Source: Oscillospiraceae bacterium (lineage in GTDB: Bacteria; Bacillota; Clostridia; Oscillospirales; QAMX01). From it: a stretch of 64,000 nt of DNA. The stretch is taken from contig SVLQ01000011.1 of the NCBI GenBank assembly GCA_015067825.1, forward strand, positions 32,721 to 96,720. Direction: 5' to 3'. Positions 9,194-18,704 of the stretch are shown here, piece after piece; within the stretch, counting starts at the first letter, position 1, and each line of letters begins with the position of its first letter. The notes under the pieces were generated by a model. That model ran no database searches and was not told where the DNA came from. It saw nothing but the letters and a program-made list of their open reading frames with translations. The translations under genes were made by a program, and so were the position numbers.

Positions 9194-9630
9194 CGGTGCG
9201 CGGGCTTGCGGATGCGCTTGGTCATGGTGACTTTCGTGCCCTTGCCCTCGCGTGACCAAACCGTCAGGCGGTCGGTGAAGCTTTGCATGATCGTAAAGCC
9301 CATGCCGCTGCGCTCTTCGCCGCCGGTCGTAAACATCGGCTCCATCGCCTGCTCAACGTTTCCGATCCCCTTGCCCTTATCGCGGATGACAAATTCCAGC
9401 GTGTCCGAGCCGATCACGCGCGCGCTTATGTAGACCGTGCCGCCGCCTTGGGGATAGGCGTGGACGATGGCGTTGGTGACGGCCTCGCTGATGACGGTTT
9501 TGATGTCGGCGAGCTCTTCCATCGTCGGATCCAACCGTGCGGCGTAGGCTGCGGCGAATACGCGGGCGAATCCCTCGTTGATCGAAGCTGCCGGAAGCTC
9601 CAGCTTGGTTTTGGGCGAGAGCACTCTCAT
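9190..9630 (-). CDS. spoIIAB: Anti-sigma F factor SpoIIAB (serine kinase)
   Basis: 'INEGFARVFAAAYA', 'DIKTVISEAVTNAIVHAY' and 'RSGMGFTIM' indicate an HATPase_c-type anti-sigma. Overlaps spoIIAA by 4 nt. Confidence 0.9.
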   Translation of the reverse strand: MRVLSPKTKLELPAASINEGFARVFAAAYAARLDPTMEELADIKTVISEAVTNAIVHAYPQGGGTVYISARVIGSDTLEFVIRDKGKGIGNVEQAMEPMFTTGGEERSGMGFTIMQSFTDRLTVWSREGKGTKVTMTKRIRKPAHR

Positions 9631-9950
9631 GCTTCCTTCCTCCTTTTTGAAATGGGGATCAGTCGGTCGATCCCGGCGCCGACGAGGACCCGATAGGCCT
9701 GCGGCGGTGTGTTTTGTACCTCAAGCGTGCCGCCGATCATCTGCATCCGCTTTTTGAGCTTTAAAAGCAGGGCGATCCCGGAGCTGTCCATAAAGCTCAG
9801 CCCCGCCAGATCGAGCACAAGCGCGCCCGGCTGATGCTCGTCGAGCAGCCGTTCGGATCGCCGGATCGCCGCGGCAGCCGCATGGTGATCGAGCTCGCCG
9901 GCAAGCGTGAGCATCCCTCCGGCGGCAAGCGACGTATATTCCACGGTCAT
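9627..9950 (-). CDS. spoIIAA: Anti-anti-sigma F factor SpoIIAA (STAS domain)
   Basis: 'LDLAGLSFMDSSGIALLLKLKKRM' contains the phosphorylatable DSSG motif. RBS 'GGGAG' upstream. Confidence 0.9.
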   Translation of the reverse strand: MTVEYTSLAAGGMLTLAGELDHHAAAAAIRRSERLLDEHQPGALVLDLAGLSFMDSSGIALLLKLKKRMQMIGGTLEVQNTPPQAYRVLVGAGIDRLIPISKRRKEA

Positions 9951-9979
9951 GCGTGTTTTCTCCCTTCGATGGTGATAAA

Positions 9980-10019
9980 AAACAGAGCATCGGGCAAAGG
10001 CTTGTCCGATGCTCTGTTT
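9980..10019 (-). terminator. Terminator of folC, only ~25 nt upstream of the spoIIAA RBS
   Basis: Arms AAACAGAGCATCGG / CCGATGCTCTGTTT. On the minus strand the hairpin is followed by TTTTTT. Confidence 0.75.
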
Positions 10020-10040
10020 CTATTATATGCACAAACGGTG

Positions 10041-11363
10041 TCAGATTATGCCGTATCGTGCGATCGCGCGGTTGACAAATTCCAACGTTTTCTTGCAGCC
10101 GCCGAGGAACGAAAGCGATCCGCAGCAGAGGATCACGTCGTCGTCTTTGGCAAATCTGCGGGCGGTGATGAAGGCCATGCGCGGATTCTGGGCGATGCAG
10201 GTGAGTTTTGCTTTGCCGTTAGCGAGGGCGAAGGTCTCCTTGGCGGGCAGCGCACGCGGCGAGGGAGGCGTGGTGGCGATGAAGACGTCGCTGCGGCGGG
10301 CGATCTCGGGGATGCACTTTTCGTAATCCTTGTCGGCAAACATTCCCATCACGGTGATGATGCGCTTACCGGCCAGCAGCGTATCGATCGTTTCGCAGAG
10401 CTTTGCCACGCCGTCGGGGTTGTGCGCGCCGTCGAGGAGGATGCAGGGCTTGTCGTTGATCTTTTCCATACGCGCGGTCATCGGCTTGCCGGCAACACCG
10501 GCCTTGATCGCTTCCTGCGAGATCTCCAGGCCCTGCGCGGCGAGTAGCCGGAGCGCTTCGATTGCGCTCAGCGCGTTCTTGGCAAAATGCACGCCGGTCA
10601 TGCGCGTGAAGTATTCTTCTCCGTCGTAGACAAATTTCGTGCCGTCGAGGCCGAGCTCTGTGACCGCAAAGCGCTCGATCGCGGGGATCACGAGCTGCGA
10701 ACCGACTGTGCTGCAGTGGTCGCGCAGAACGGCGAGAACCTCGTCCTGCTGTTCAACGTAGGAGACGACCGGGCAGCCGTCTTTGATGATGCCGCATTTC
10801 TCGCGGGTGATCTGCGTCAGCGTATCGCCGAGCACGCCGACGTGGTCGAAGGAGACCGAAACGATCACGGCTACGCGCGGACGGTCGATGATGTTGGTCG
10901 CATCCAATCGGCCACCGAGACCGGTTTCCAAAACGGCGATCTCGCAGCCGGCTTCCTTGTAGGCAAGGAATGCCGCGGCCATCACGACCTCAAACTCCGT
11001 GACCACGCCGTCGCCGTCCGCTTCCATCTGCTCGGCAGCGGCCTTGACCTCGGTGACGGCAGCGGCGAGCGCGTCGTCGGAGATCGGTTCCATGTTGATC
11101 TGAATGCGCTCGGCGAACGATTCGACCGAGGGCGAAATATACATACCCGTGCGGTAGCCGGCAGCACAGAGCGCACCGGCGATCATCGAGGTCGTGCTGC
11201 CTTTGCCGTTGGTGCCGGCGACGTGCACATACTGCATGGCCTTCTGCGGATCGCCGAGACGCGCAAGCAGCTTGCCGATCTGTTCGAGACCGAGCTTGGA
11301 GCCAAAACGCTCACGCGAGGAGATGTAGGCGATGGCTTCTTCATAAGTGAGTGCGGGATTCAT
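10041..11363 (-). CDS. folC: Bifunctional folylpolyglutamate synthase / dihydrofolate synthase
   Basis: 'YVHVAGTNGKGSTTSMIA' is the Mur-ligase P-loop. Length 440 aa. RBS 'AGGAGG'. Confidence 0.9.
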   Translation of the reverse strand: MNPALTYEEAIAYISSRERFGSKLGLEQIGKLLARLGDPQKAMQYVHVAGTNGKGSTTSMIAGALCAAGYRTGMYISPSVESFAERIQINMEPISDDALAAAVTEVKAAAEQMEADGDGVVTEFEVVMAAAFLAYKEAGCEIAVLETGLGGRLDATNIIDRPRVAVIVSVSFDHVGVLGDTLTQITREKCGIIKDGCPVVSYVEQQDEVLAVLRDHCSTVGSQLVIPAIERFAVTELGLDGTKFVYDGEEYFTRMTGVHFAKNALSAIEALRLLAAQGLEISQEAIKAGVAGKPMTARMEKINDKPCILLDGAHNPDGVAKLCETIDTLLAGKRIITVMGMFADKDYEKCIPEIARRSDVFIATTPPSPRALPAKETFALANGKAKLTCIAQNPRMAFITARRFAKDDDVILCCGSLSFLGGCKKTLEFVNRAIARYGII

Positions 11364-11390
11364 GTTGTAAACCTCCTTGAGTCGCGGCGC

Positions 11391-13055
11391 TTATTCCGCG
11401 GATGCAAACGTTTTTTCGCCGGATTTGATCGCCGCCTGCGCGACAAACAGCGCGGCAGAAGCAAAGATCGCAGTCGTAGCGATCAGAATCGCCCATGCGG
11501 GGATCGCCGTGTGCGCGAGCAGCAGATAAACGCCGATGCCAATACAGGCGGTGACGGCAACGCCGATGAGCATCGCCAGCATCACGTTGAAATTCTGCTT
11601 GATCGCCTCGGTTTCGGTGTCCCAATGCAGCTTCGGCCGCGCAAGATCGATCCAAACGCAGATCGCAGACAGCAAAATTCCACCGACCATGCCGAACACG
11701 AAGCCCAAAAGCGCCGTGCCGATATCGATCCCGAGTGCGGGAATCGCAAAAACGCAGAGCGGAAGCGTCCAAAGCGGACAGAGGCCGATGCCGAAGAGGA
11801 GCTTGGCGAGTGCGGCGTCGCGCGGTTCCAGCGGCAGCGAACGCAGATGTTCAAACGTGCGGCCTTCGCGCGAGAGCACCGTTGCCGCGCCGGAGTTGAA
11901 TCCGGAGAAGAGAATGGCGAGGCCGCCCAAAATCAGAGCCATGACCGGTGCCGGTACAGCGCCACCCAAGCTGCGCAAGACGGCTGTGTCGCCGCTGAGA
12001 GTCGGCAGCAGGAGCACCATAAGCGGGAAGACAATCCCGGCCAGACCGTTGGTCAGGTAGACCGGTGTGCGGAAGAACACGCGCAGCTCTTTCCTGAAAA
12101 ACGCCGCTTTCGGCGAACGAGCCTTGTCGGCAAGTGCGCGACGGCGAGCAGAGCGCGATTTTTTGGCGGTTTCGAGATTGACCGAAACCGCGTGGCGGTA
12201 GATACCGCCGCAGACGAGCCGAACAATGGCGTAGGCGAAAATTGAAACGAGCGTGAAGAGAATCAAGTTCAGCGCCGAGTTCATGCCGCCGGCGTGGATC
12301 GCAAACGAGGCCCAACTGATCGGCGGCTTGGCGAAGGCGTTCATCGTGGTCCAGTTGGCGTGAAAGAATTCGGCCAAAAAGTCACCGCCGGTGGGGGCGG
12401 ACATCATTTTGCTCTGCAGGTAAAACTGACCGAGCGTGACGCCGATAAGCAGCGCAAATGTGCCGATGGTGATGAACAGATCTCTGCGGCGGAGCTTGCC
12501 GATCACCCACATTAAGAGCGAAACGAGAACCGTCGAGACAACGAGCGGGAGCATCGGCGAGAGCAGCGTGATGTAGATCCCGCGCAGGAAAAGACCGACA
12601 CCCATCGCTCCTTCCACCTTGATGGCGTACAGAATGATTGCCGGCAGCAAAAACATGGCCGAGAGCATCAACTCGCAGAGGTAGACAAAAAGGAATTTTG
12701 CGAGAAAAACGTGCTGCGAGCGGATCGGAAGCGAGGAGAGCAGCTCGGTATCCCGCGAGAGGAAGATACCGGACATCGTCACAAAAATGCCGAATACCGC
12801 CGTCATCGCCATCGTCAGCAAAACGACCATGTGCATCACAAGTTCCGGGAAGCCGAAATCGATGGCCGCGTTGAACAGGAAATTCAGAAAAGCCGTGTAG
12901 ATGCCGACGAGGTAAGCGGCCAACACCGCAAAGAGCGCGAGGACTGCGGCGCGCTTCCACTTGCCGCTTGTGCCGCCGGAGCGAACCGTGGTCAGATCCT
13001 TGAGGTTCAAGCGGGAGCGGAACTGGATCTTTAAGAGCAGGAGAACCGATCTCAT
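11391..13055 (-). CDS. Putative ABC exporter permease (large polytopic membrane protein)
   Basis: 554 aa, hydrophobic throughout. The start overlaps the stop of the upstream ABC ATPase by 4 nt (translational coupling). Confidence 0.7.
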   Translation of the reverse strand: MRSVLLLLKIQFRSRLNLKDLTTVRSGGTSGKWKRAAVLALFAVLAAYLVGIYTAFLNFLFNAAIDFGFPELVMHMVVLLTMAMTAVFGIFVTMSGIFLSRDTELLSSLPIRSQHVFLAKFLFVYLCELMLSAMFLLPAIILYAIKVEGAMGVGLFLRGIYITLLSPMLPLVVSTVLVSLLMWVIGKLRRRDLFITIGTFALLIGVTLGQFYLQSKMMSAPTGGDFLAEFFHANWTTMNAFAKPPISWASFAIHAGGMNSALNLILFTLVSIFAYAIVRLVCGGIYRHAVSVNLETAKKSRSARRRALADKARSPKAAFFRKELRVFFRTPVYLTNGLAGIVFPLMVLLLPTLSGDTAVLRSLGGAVPAPVMALILGGLAILFSGFNSGAATVLSREGRTFEHLRSLPLEPRDAALAKLLFGIGLCPLWTLPLCVFAIPALGIDIGTALLGFVFGMVGGILLSAICVWIDLARPKLHWDTETEAIKQNFNVMLAMLIGVAVTACIGIGVYLLLAHTAIPAWAILIATTAIFASAALFVAQAAIKSGEKTFASAE

Positions 13056-13804
13056 TGTGCGTCCTCCTCGTCCTCCGTCAGCGAGAGGAAAATGCTTTCA
13101 AGGCTTTCGCCGCCGAGACTGCCCGCGCTGTAGCTCTGCTTCAGTTCCTCAACGCTGCCCACGGCGATCAACTTGCCGTTATCGATGATGGCAATACGGT
13201 CGCAGAGCTTTTCGGCAACCTCTAAAACGTGCGTCGAGAAGAAAACGGTATTGCCGGCGTCGCAGTGGCGGCGCATTTCTTTCTTCAGCTCGTGCGCCGA
13301 TTTCGGATCCAAACCGACCATCGGTTCATCCAGCACCCAAAGCTCGGGATCGGGGATCAGTGCGGCCGTCAGCATCAGCTTCTGGCGCATCCCGTGCGAA
13401 TAGGTGCGGATCTGTTCGTCAACGGCGTCTTTGAGGTGGAACATCGTCAGGTATTTTTCCATCTGAGCCGCTCGCGTCGCTTTGTCGACGCGGTAAACGT
13501 CGGCGATAAAGTTCAAATATTCTTTGCCGGTTAGACGATCGTAGATGTCCTGGTTGTCCGGCACATAGCCGATCTTTTTCTTGGCAGTGACCGGCTTTTT
13601 GGAGATATCGATTCCGTCGATGGTGATCGTGCCGCTGTCGGGACGGAGAATGCCCATGATCATTTTGATCGTCGTTGTTTTGCCGGCACCGTTGGGGCCG
13701 ATGAAGCCGAAAATTTCACCGCGGTTGACCGAAAGCGAAAAATCGTCGACCGCTTTGGTTTTGCTTTTGGCATAGGTTTTGCTGATGTTTTCCAGTTTGA
13801 GCAT
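13052..13804 (-). CDS. ABC transporter ATP-binding protein
   Basis: Walker A 'GPNGAGKTT', signature 'YSHGMRQKL', Walker B 'LWVLDEP'. Confidence 0.9.
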   Translation of the reverse strand: MLKLENISKTYAKSKTKAVDDFSLSVNRGEIFGFIGPNGAGKTTTIKMIMGILRPDSGTITIDGIDISKKPVTAKKKIGYVPDNQDIYDRLTGKEYLNFIADVYRVDKATRAAQMEKYLTMFHLKDAVDEQIRTYSHGMRQKLMLTAALIPDPELWVLDEPMVGLDPKSAHELKKEMRRHCDAGNTVFFSTHVLEVAEKLCDRIAIIDNGKLIAVGSVEELKQSYSAGSLGGESLESIFLSLTEDEEDAQ

Positions 13805-13830
13805 AAGATCGCCTCCGTTTTGGGATGGTA

Positions 13831-15894
13831 TCAGTTAAAGGTGTTGCCTTGATCTGTCGAAAAAAGCTGTTCGACCTGCGCTTTGAGCGCGGTGTGCCCG
13901 GATGCGGAGAGTGTGGGATCGGCTGCGAGGAGTTCGTTGGCTGCGGCCTGTGCCTCGTGCAGGAGCGGGAGCTCGGTGGCGAGGCTCGCCATGCGGAGCG
14001 AGGGCAGACCGGATTGCGCCTGCCCGAAAAAACTGCCGGGGCCGCGCAGCTCGAGGTCTTTTCGTGCGATCTCGTAGCCGTCGTTTGTTTTGCAGAGGAT
14101 TCCGAGCCGTTCCTTGGTCGCCGCATCGGTGTGCGCGGAGATAAGAATGCAGTAAGATTTTGCTTTGCCGCGGCCGACGCGTCCGCGCAGCTGGTGCAGC
14201 TGTGACAGGCCGAAGCGCTCGGCATTCTCGATCACCACCAGCGTTGCATTGGGGTTGTCGACACCGACCTCAATCACGGTGGTCGAAACCAAAACGTCGG
14301 TCTTACCGCTGACAAAATCGGCCATGATCGCATCTTTTTCCGCCGATTTCATGCGCCCGTGCAGACAGGCGACGGCGAGATCGGGATAGACGGTTTCCGC
14401 GATCGACTCGGCGTATTCCGTGACCGATTTCAACTCGTCCATGTCACTTTCGTCGATCGCCGGGCAGACGATGTAGGTTTGGTGGCCTTCGGCCTTTTGT
14501 TTGCGCACGAACGCCTCCACGCGCTGCCGCATCGGCTGGCCGACGAGGAAGGTATCGATTACCTGTCTGCCGGGCGGCAGTTCGTCAATGATCGAGAGAT
14601 CGAGGTCACCGTAGAGGATCAGCGCCAGTGTGCGCGGGATCGGTGTGGCGCTCATGACGAGCATGTGCGGGTCGCAGCCCTTTGCACTCAGCGCAGCGCG
14701 CTGCGCAACGCCGAAGCGCTGCTGTTCGTCGCAGATTACCAGCCCGAGCGCGGAAAACTCCACACCGCCGGAGATGAGTGCGTGCGTACCGACGATCATC
14801 TGTGCCTCGCCGCTTGCGATCTCTGCCAATGCGGCTCTGCGTGCCGCAGCGGGCATTTTGCCGGTCAGGAGCACCGTGCGGATTCCGAGCGGGGCGAAGA
14901 TTTTTTCCAGAGTAGCGTAGTGCTGCGCCGCCAAAATCTCGGTCGGAGCCATCATGGCCGCTTGATCGCCGTTTTGAATCACGTGGTAGGCGAGGAATGC
15001 GCCGACCAGCGTCTTACCGCTGCCGACATCGCCCTGTACCAAGCGGTTCATCAGCCGTCCGCTGGCCAAATCGGCCAAGCCCTCGGCGATCACGCGCTCC
15101 TGCGCATTTGTGAGCGAGAAGGGGAGAAGACCGCGCAGCGGCCGGTCGTCGACCGGGGGATACCGCCGGCCGGAAAGCTTGGCGCGGCGGTTTTTGAGCA
15201 AAGCGAGTCCGGCGGCGAGCAGAAACAGCTCCTCAAACATGATTTTGCGCCGTGCGCGTGCCAAAGCTTCGTCGGAAGCGGGAAAATGCAGTTCGGCCAA
15301 GGCAGAACCTGCGTCGGCGAGATCATGTGCGGCGAGAACTTCGGGCGGAAGGATCTCGGACACATTGTCACCGCAGGCATCCAGCGCGGCGCGCATGGCG
15401 GAGATCACCTGCTTGCGCGAAAGGCCGGCCGTCAGCGGATAGACCGGCAGGATCGCACCCTCCGGCGCTTCATCACCGACGAGCGGTTCCATTTCCGGCG
15501 AGATCATGGAAAGCCCATAATTGTTCTTGGTCACGCGGCCGTAAAACTGATAAGTCTGCCCAACGTGGATCTGATTTTTCAGATAGGGGAGATTAAAATA
15601 AGAAATGCGCACACTGCCGGTTTCGTCGACTGCGCGGAATTGAAGGACTGTGCGCCGGTTTGCCAGCCGTGCAACTGTCGGCGTGGATGCGACCAACGCG
15701 ACGAATCGGCAGGCCTCACCCGGAACAAGCTCGGCAATCGTGCAGAGCTTGCGCCGATCTTCGTACCCGCGCGGATACAGCCGCAGCAAGTCGCCGACCG
15801 TGCGCACGCCGAGACGCCGGAACGCTTCGGCCTGTTTCGGCCCCACGCCTTTGAGCGCTTGAATTTCGGAATCCGGTGTGATCGCCTTGGGCAT
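13831..15894 (-). CDS. recG: ATP-dependent DNA helicase RecG
   Basis: 687 aa. 'LTNAQERVIAEGLADL', 'RLVQGDVGSGKT', 'VICDEQQRFGV' and 'LHQLRGRVGRG' are present. Has the wedge plus SF2 helicase architecture. Confidence 0.95.
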   Translation of the reverse strand: MPKAITPDSEIQALKGVGPKQAEAFRRLGVRTVGDLLRLYPRGYEDRRKLCTIAELVPGEACRFVALVASTPTVARLANRRTVLQFRAVDETGSVRISYFNLPYLKNQIHVGQTYQFYGRVTKNNYGLSMISPEMEPLVGDEAPEGAILPVYPLTAGLSRKQVISAMRAALDACGDNVSEILPPEVLAAHDLADAGSALAELHFPASDEALARARRKIMFEELFLLAAGLALLKNRRAKLSGRRYPPVDDRPLRGLLPFSLTNAQERVIAEGLADLASGRLMNRLVQGDVGSGKTLVGAFLAYHVIQNGDQAAMMAPTEILAAQHYATLEKIFAPLGIRTVLLTGKMPAAARRAALAEIASGEAQMIVGTHALISGGVEFSALGLVICDEQQRFGVAQRAALSAKGCDPHMLVMSATPIPRTLALILYGDLDLSIIDELPPGRQVIDTFLVGQPMRQRVEAFVRKQKAEGHQTYIVCPAIDESDMDELKSVTEYAESIAETVYPDLAVACLHGRMKSAEKDAIMADFVSGKTDVLVSTTVIEVGVDNPNATLVVIENAERFGLSQLHQLRGRVGRGKAKSYCILISAHTDAATKERLGILCKTNDGYEIARKDLELRGPGSFFGQAQSGLPSLRMASLATELPLLHEAQAAANELLAADPTLSASGHTALKAQVEQLFSTDQGNTFN

Positions 15895-15939
15895 GGTAAA
15901 CCTCCTGCGTGAAGCGCGTTGCTTGTCATGGATGGTGTT

Positions 15940-16428
15940 TTAGTGTGTGCCGTTTTGCAGCGCCGCATCGATCAAAACGAGCTTTGCGCGGTCGTTTTTC
16001 ATCTTTTTGTCGCGGCGGTAACCGTCTTTGGCCGACGCTGCGTAGACCTTGCGGTAGTCGGAAAGCGTCAGCAAACGATAGCTGCAGTCGCCGTCGGAGA
16101 GAATTGGGATCGCGCCAACGTCGACTCCGGCGAAATCCGCAAGCCCTTCCAGCTCGGCAAATGCCGCCGAAAGTCCTTCGCGTTCGAAAGCGTGCTCGTG
16201 GAGATCGTAGAGCGCGTAGCCGAGTGAGTGCATCAGTGCCGTCAGTTCCGTCCAACGGTCGGTGAGGAATTCGCGCGGGAGTAAAACGTCGATATCGTCG
16301 GGGAGTAGGTCGGCGTCCAGCCGACGTGAGAGCCCGAGCGAGCCAAACAGCAGCGGTGTGCAGCCGAGCTTTTTGTTCAGCATCACGGCGATTTTGAGAA
16401 ATTCGTGGTATTTTTCGGTGGTTGTCAT
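15940..16428 (-). CDS. Small nucleotidyltransferase-fold (Pol-beta-like) protein, function unknown
   Basis: Start moved to ATG 16428, because the ORF-track extension overlaps the yloV 3' end. 'GSLGL...DIDVLL' resembles the G-S...D-x-D nucleotidyltransferase motif. Confidence 0.45.
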   Translation of the reverse strand: MTTTEKYHEFLKIAVMLNKKLGCTPLLFGSLGLSRRLDADLLPDDIDVLLPREFLTDRWTELTALMHSLGYALYDLHEHAFEREGLSAAFAELEGLADFAGVDVGAIPILSDGDCSYRLLTLSDYRKVYAASAKDGYRRDKKMKNDRAKLVLIDAALQNGTH

Positions 16429-16451
16429 AGAGTCCTCTTGTAAATGCAGAA

Positions 16452-16488
16452 ACCCGCCGACACGCGGTAAAACCATGTGCCGGCGGGT
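16452..16488 (-). terminator. Terminator after yloV
   Basis: Arms ACCCGCCG / CGGCGGGT, extended by 3 further pairs. A weak T-tract follows on the minus strand. Confidence 0.55.
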
Positions 16489-16498
16489 ACGGTATCGT

Positions 16499-18136
16499 TT
16501 ATTCGACGCCGATGATGAAGTAGTAGACAGGCTGGCCACCGTCAATGATGTTGAATTCGGTGTAAGCGCCGGCTTTTTCGCGGAAGATCGCTTCCACGGT
16601 CGCACGGTCTTCTTCCGTGGCGTCTGCGCCGCAGAAGATCGTCACAAATTCGGCTTCGGCGAGATTCAGCCCTTCGGTCAGACGTTCGGTAACGGCTGCG
16701 AGCGAATCGTTGGTGTCGCACATCTTGCTGCCGACAAGCGCGAGGTAGTCGCCTTCTTTGATCTCGATATCGTCAAAAACCGAGTCGCGGGCCGCATATG
16801 TAATGTGGCCGGTACGGACGCCGGGCAGCCCAGCCGTCATCTGCGCCTTGTTCTGTTCGACCGTTTCTTCGGGGTCGTAGGCGAGGAGAGCGGTGATGCC
16901 TTCGGGAATCGTACGCGTCGGCAAAACGACGACTTCTTTTTCGGTCAGGTCGACCGTCTGTTCGGCGGCGAGGATGATGTTTTTGTTGTTCGGGAGCACA
17001 AACACCACTTCGGCGGGCGTTTTGTTGATGAGGCGCAGAATGTCCTCGGTTGAGGGGTTCATCGTCTGGCCGCCTTCGACCACGTTATCGACACCCAAAT
17101 CGGTAAAGACCGATTTCACGCCTTCGCCGGCGGCGACGGCGACAAAGCCGTAACGCTTTTCGGGGGCGGCGATCGTTTCTTCCTTGGCGGTGTCTTCGGC
17201 GATCGCGAGCTTTTCGGTATGCTGCTCGCGCATGTTTTCGATCTTAATGGTGCTGAGTGCGCCGTGCTTCAGCGCTTCTTCCAACGCAACACCGGGGTTG
17301 TTGGTGTGGACGTGGACTTTGATGATCTCTTCGTCGGCGACGAGAACAAGGCTGTCGCCCAGCGAATCGAGGAACGCACGCAGCGCTTCGGAATCCGAGT
17401 TCGGATCGTTGCGCAGGACGATAAATTCGGTGCAGTAGCCGAACTTGATGTCTTCGGTGTTGTAGTCGGCGAAGTCGGCCGAGGCTTTGGTCGCGGTTTC
17501 GACCGGTGCATCGTGGTCGATCTCTTCGCCGCGGAGTGCCGCCAGCATGCCTTCGAGAATGTGGCACCAGCCCTTGCCGCCGGCATCAACGACGCCAGCT
17601 TTGGCGAGGACGGGATTCTGCTTGGGGGTTTCGGCCAAGGCTGCGTAAGCGGCCTTCAGCGTGACTTCCAGCAACTGTTCAAAATTGCAATCGGCGGCGT
17701 GGGCACAGGCCGCGTCGGCAGCCAGACGGGCAACCGTCAGGATCGTGCCTTCGGCGGGCTTGTTGACAACGCCGTAAGCGCGTTCGACGCCGTTTTTCAG
17801 CGCGGCGGCAAACTGAACAGTATTGGCTTCCGTCAGTTCCTTCATCGCCTTGCCCATACCGGCAAACAGCAGGGAAGTGATAACGCCCGAGTTGCCGTGC
17901 GAGCCACGCGTCAGCGACATGCCGGCTTTTTCGGCGATCTTGCCCAAACGGTCGGTATCGAGCGCGGCCAGATCCTTGACCGCGTGGTTCAAGGTCATGG
18001 ACATATTCGTACCGGTATCGCCGTCGGGGACGGGGAAGACGTTTAAGTCGTTCAGGGCTTGTTTCTGATTGCCGACAACGGCCGCTGCGTTCAGAACCAT
18101 CAGCTTGTAGTCGTTGCCGTTAATGATCGTTTTCAA
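16499..18136 (-). CDS. yloV: DAK2 domain fusion protein YloV
   Basis: 'LNVFPVPDGDTGTNMSMTL' is the DAK2 hallmark. Probable TTG start at 18136 (RBS 'GGAG' 11 nt upstream), giving 'MKTIINGNDYKLMVLNAAA'. The ORF-track start at 18217 overlaps asp23. Confidence 0.85.
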   Translation of the reverse strand: MKTIINGNDYKLMVLNAAAVVGNQKQALNDLNVFPVPDGDTGTNMSMTLNHAVKDLAALDTDRLGKIAEKAGMSLTRGSHGNSGVITSLLFAGMGKAMKELTEANTVQFAAALKNGVERAYGVVNKPAEGTILTVARLAADAACAHAADCNFEQLLEVTLKAAYAALAETPKQNPVLAKAGVVDAGGKGWCHILEGMLAALRGEEIDHDAPVETATKASADFADYNTEDIKFGYCTEFIVLRNDPNSDSEALRAFLDSLGDSLVLVADEEIIKVHVHTNNPGVALEEALKHGALSTIKIENMREQHTEKLAIAEDTAKEETIAAPEKRYGFVAVAAGEGVKSVFTDLGVDNVVEGGQTMNPSTEDILRLINKTPAEVVFVLPNNKNIILAAEQTVDLTEKEVVVLPTRTIPEGITALLAYDPEETVEQNKAQMTAGLPGVRTGHITYAARDSVFDDIEIKEGDYLALVGSKMCDTNDSLAAVTERLTEGLNLAEAEFVTIFCGADATEEDRATVEAIFREKAGAYTEFNIIDGGQPVYYFIIGVE

Positions 18137-18179
18137 GGTTAATCCAACTCCCAAACACAATGCTCGACCGCCCAAAAGG

Positions 18180-18530
18180 TCAGTCGGCGAGAATGATCGT
18201 ATCGATGTGGACGTCAACAGCGCTGACCTTCAAACCGGTCTGGCTCTCAACAACGTACTGCACCTCTTCCATGATCGCACGCGAAACGGCGCTCATGTTC
18301 ATGCCGTACTGCACGGCGATGTGCAGCTCGATCGACACGTAATTACCCTTGGTGCGAACCTTCACACCTTTGTGGAAATTTTCACCCTTCAGAAGAAGAG
18401 TCAGTTCATCGGAAAAATTGCGAACGACCATACCCTTCACGCCAAAACAGTTCAGAGCAGCGTAACCGGCGATGAGAGCGATGATCTTTTCGGAGATCGT
18501 AATCGTGCCCTTTTTGGTGATAATCTTCAT
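18180..18530 (-). CDS. Asp23/Gls24 family envelope stress protein (YloU-like)
   Basis: Start at ATG 18530 with 'AGGAGG' upstream. 'ISEKIIALIAGYAALNCFGVKGM' is typical of Asp23. Conserved pairing with yloV. Confidence 0.85.
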   Translation of the reverse strand: MKIITKKGTITISEKIIALIAGYAALNCFGVKGMVVRNFSDELTLLLKGENFHKGVKVRTKGNYVSIELHIAVQYGMNMSAVSRAIMEEVQYVVESQTGLKVSAVDVHIDTIILAD

Positions 18531-18629
18531 GTTCAGCCTCCTGATCTCGTAGCAAGAAAAATGCAATGCGGCGAGGGCTGCCGCGAGGGCCATTGTATGG
18601 ATCGGCATACACCGAAACATACACTATAT

Positions 18630-18658
18630 ATTATACTATATTTTTCTATAAATAGCAA
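18630..18658 (-). promoter_or_regulatory. Sigma-A type promoter of asp23-yloV
   Basis: On the minus strand: TTGCTA (18658-18653), a 17-nt spacer, then TATAAT (18635-18630). Leaves a ~100-nt leader. Confidence 0.6.
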
Positions 18659-18704
18659 GTATTTTTCGCCTTTTCTGCGAAATACGGATAACAAAGATCA
18701 CCGC

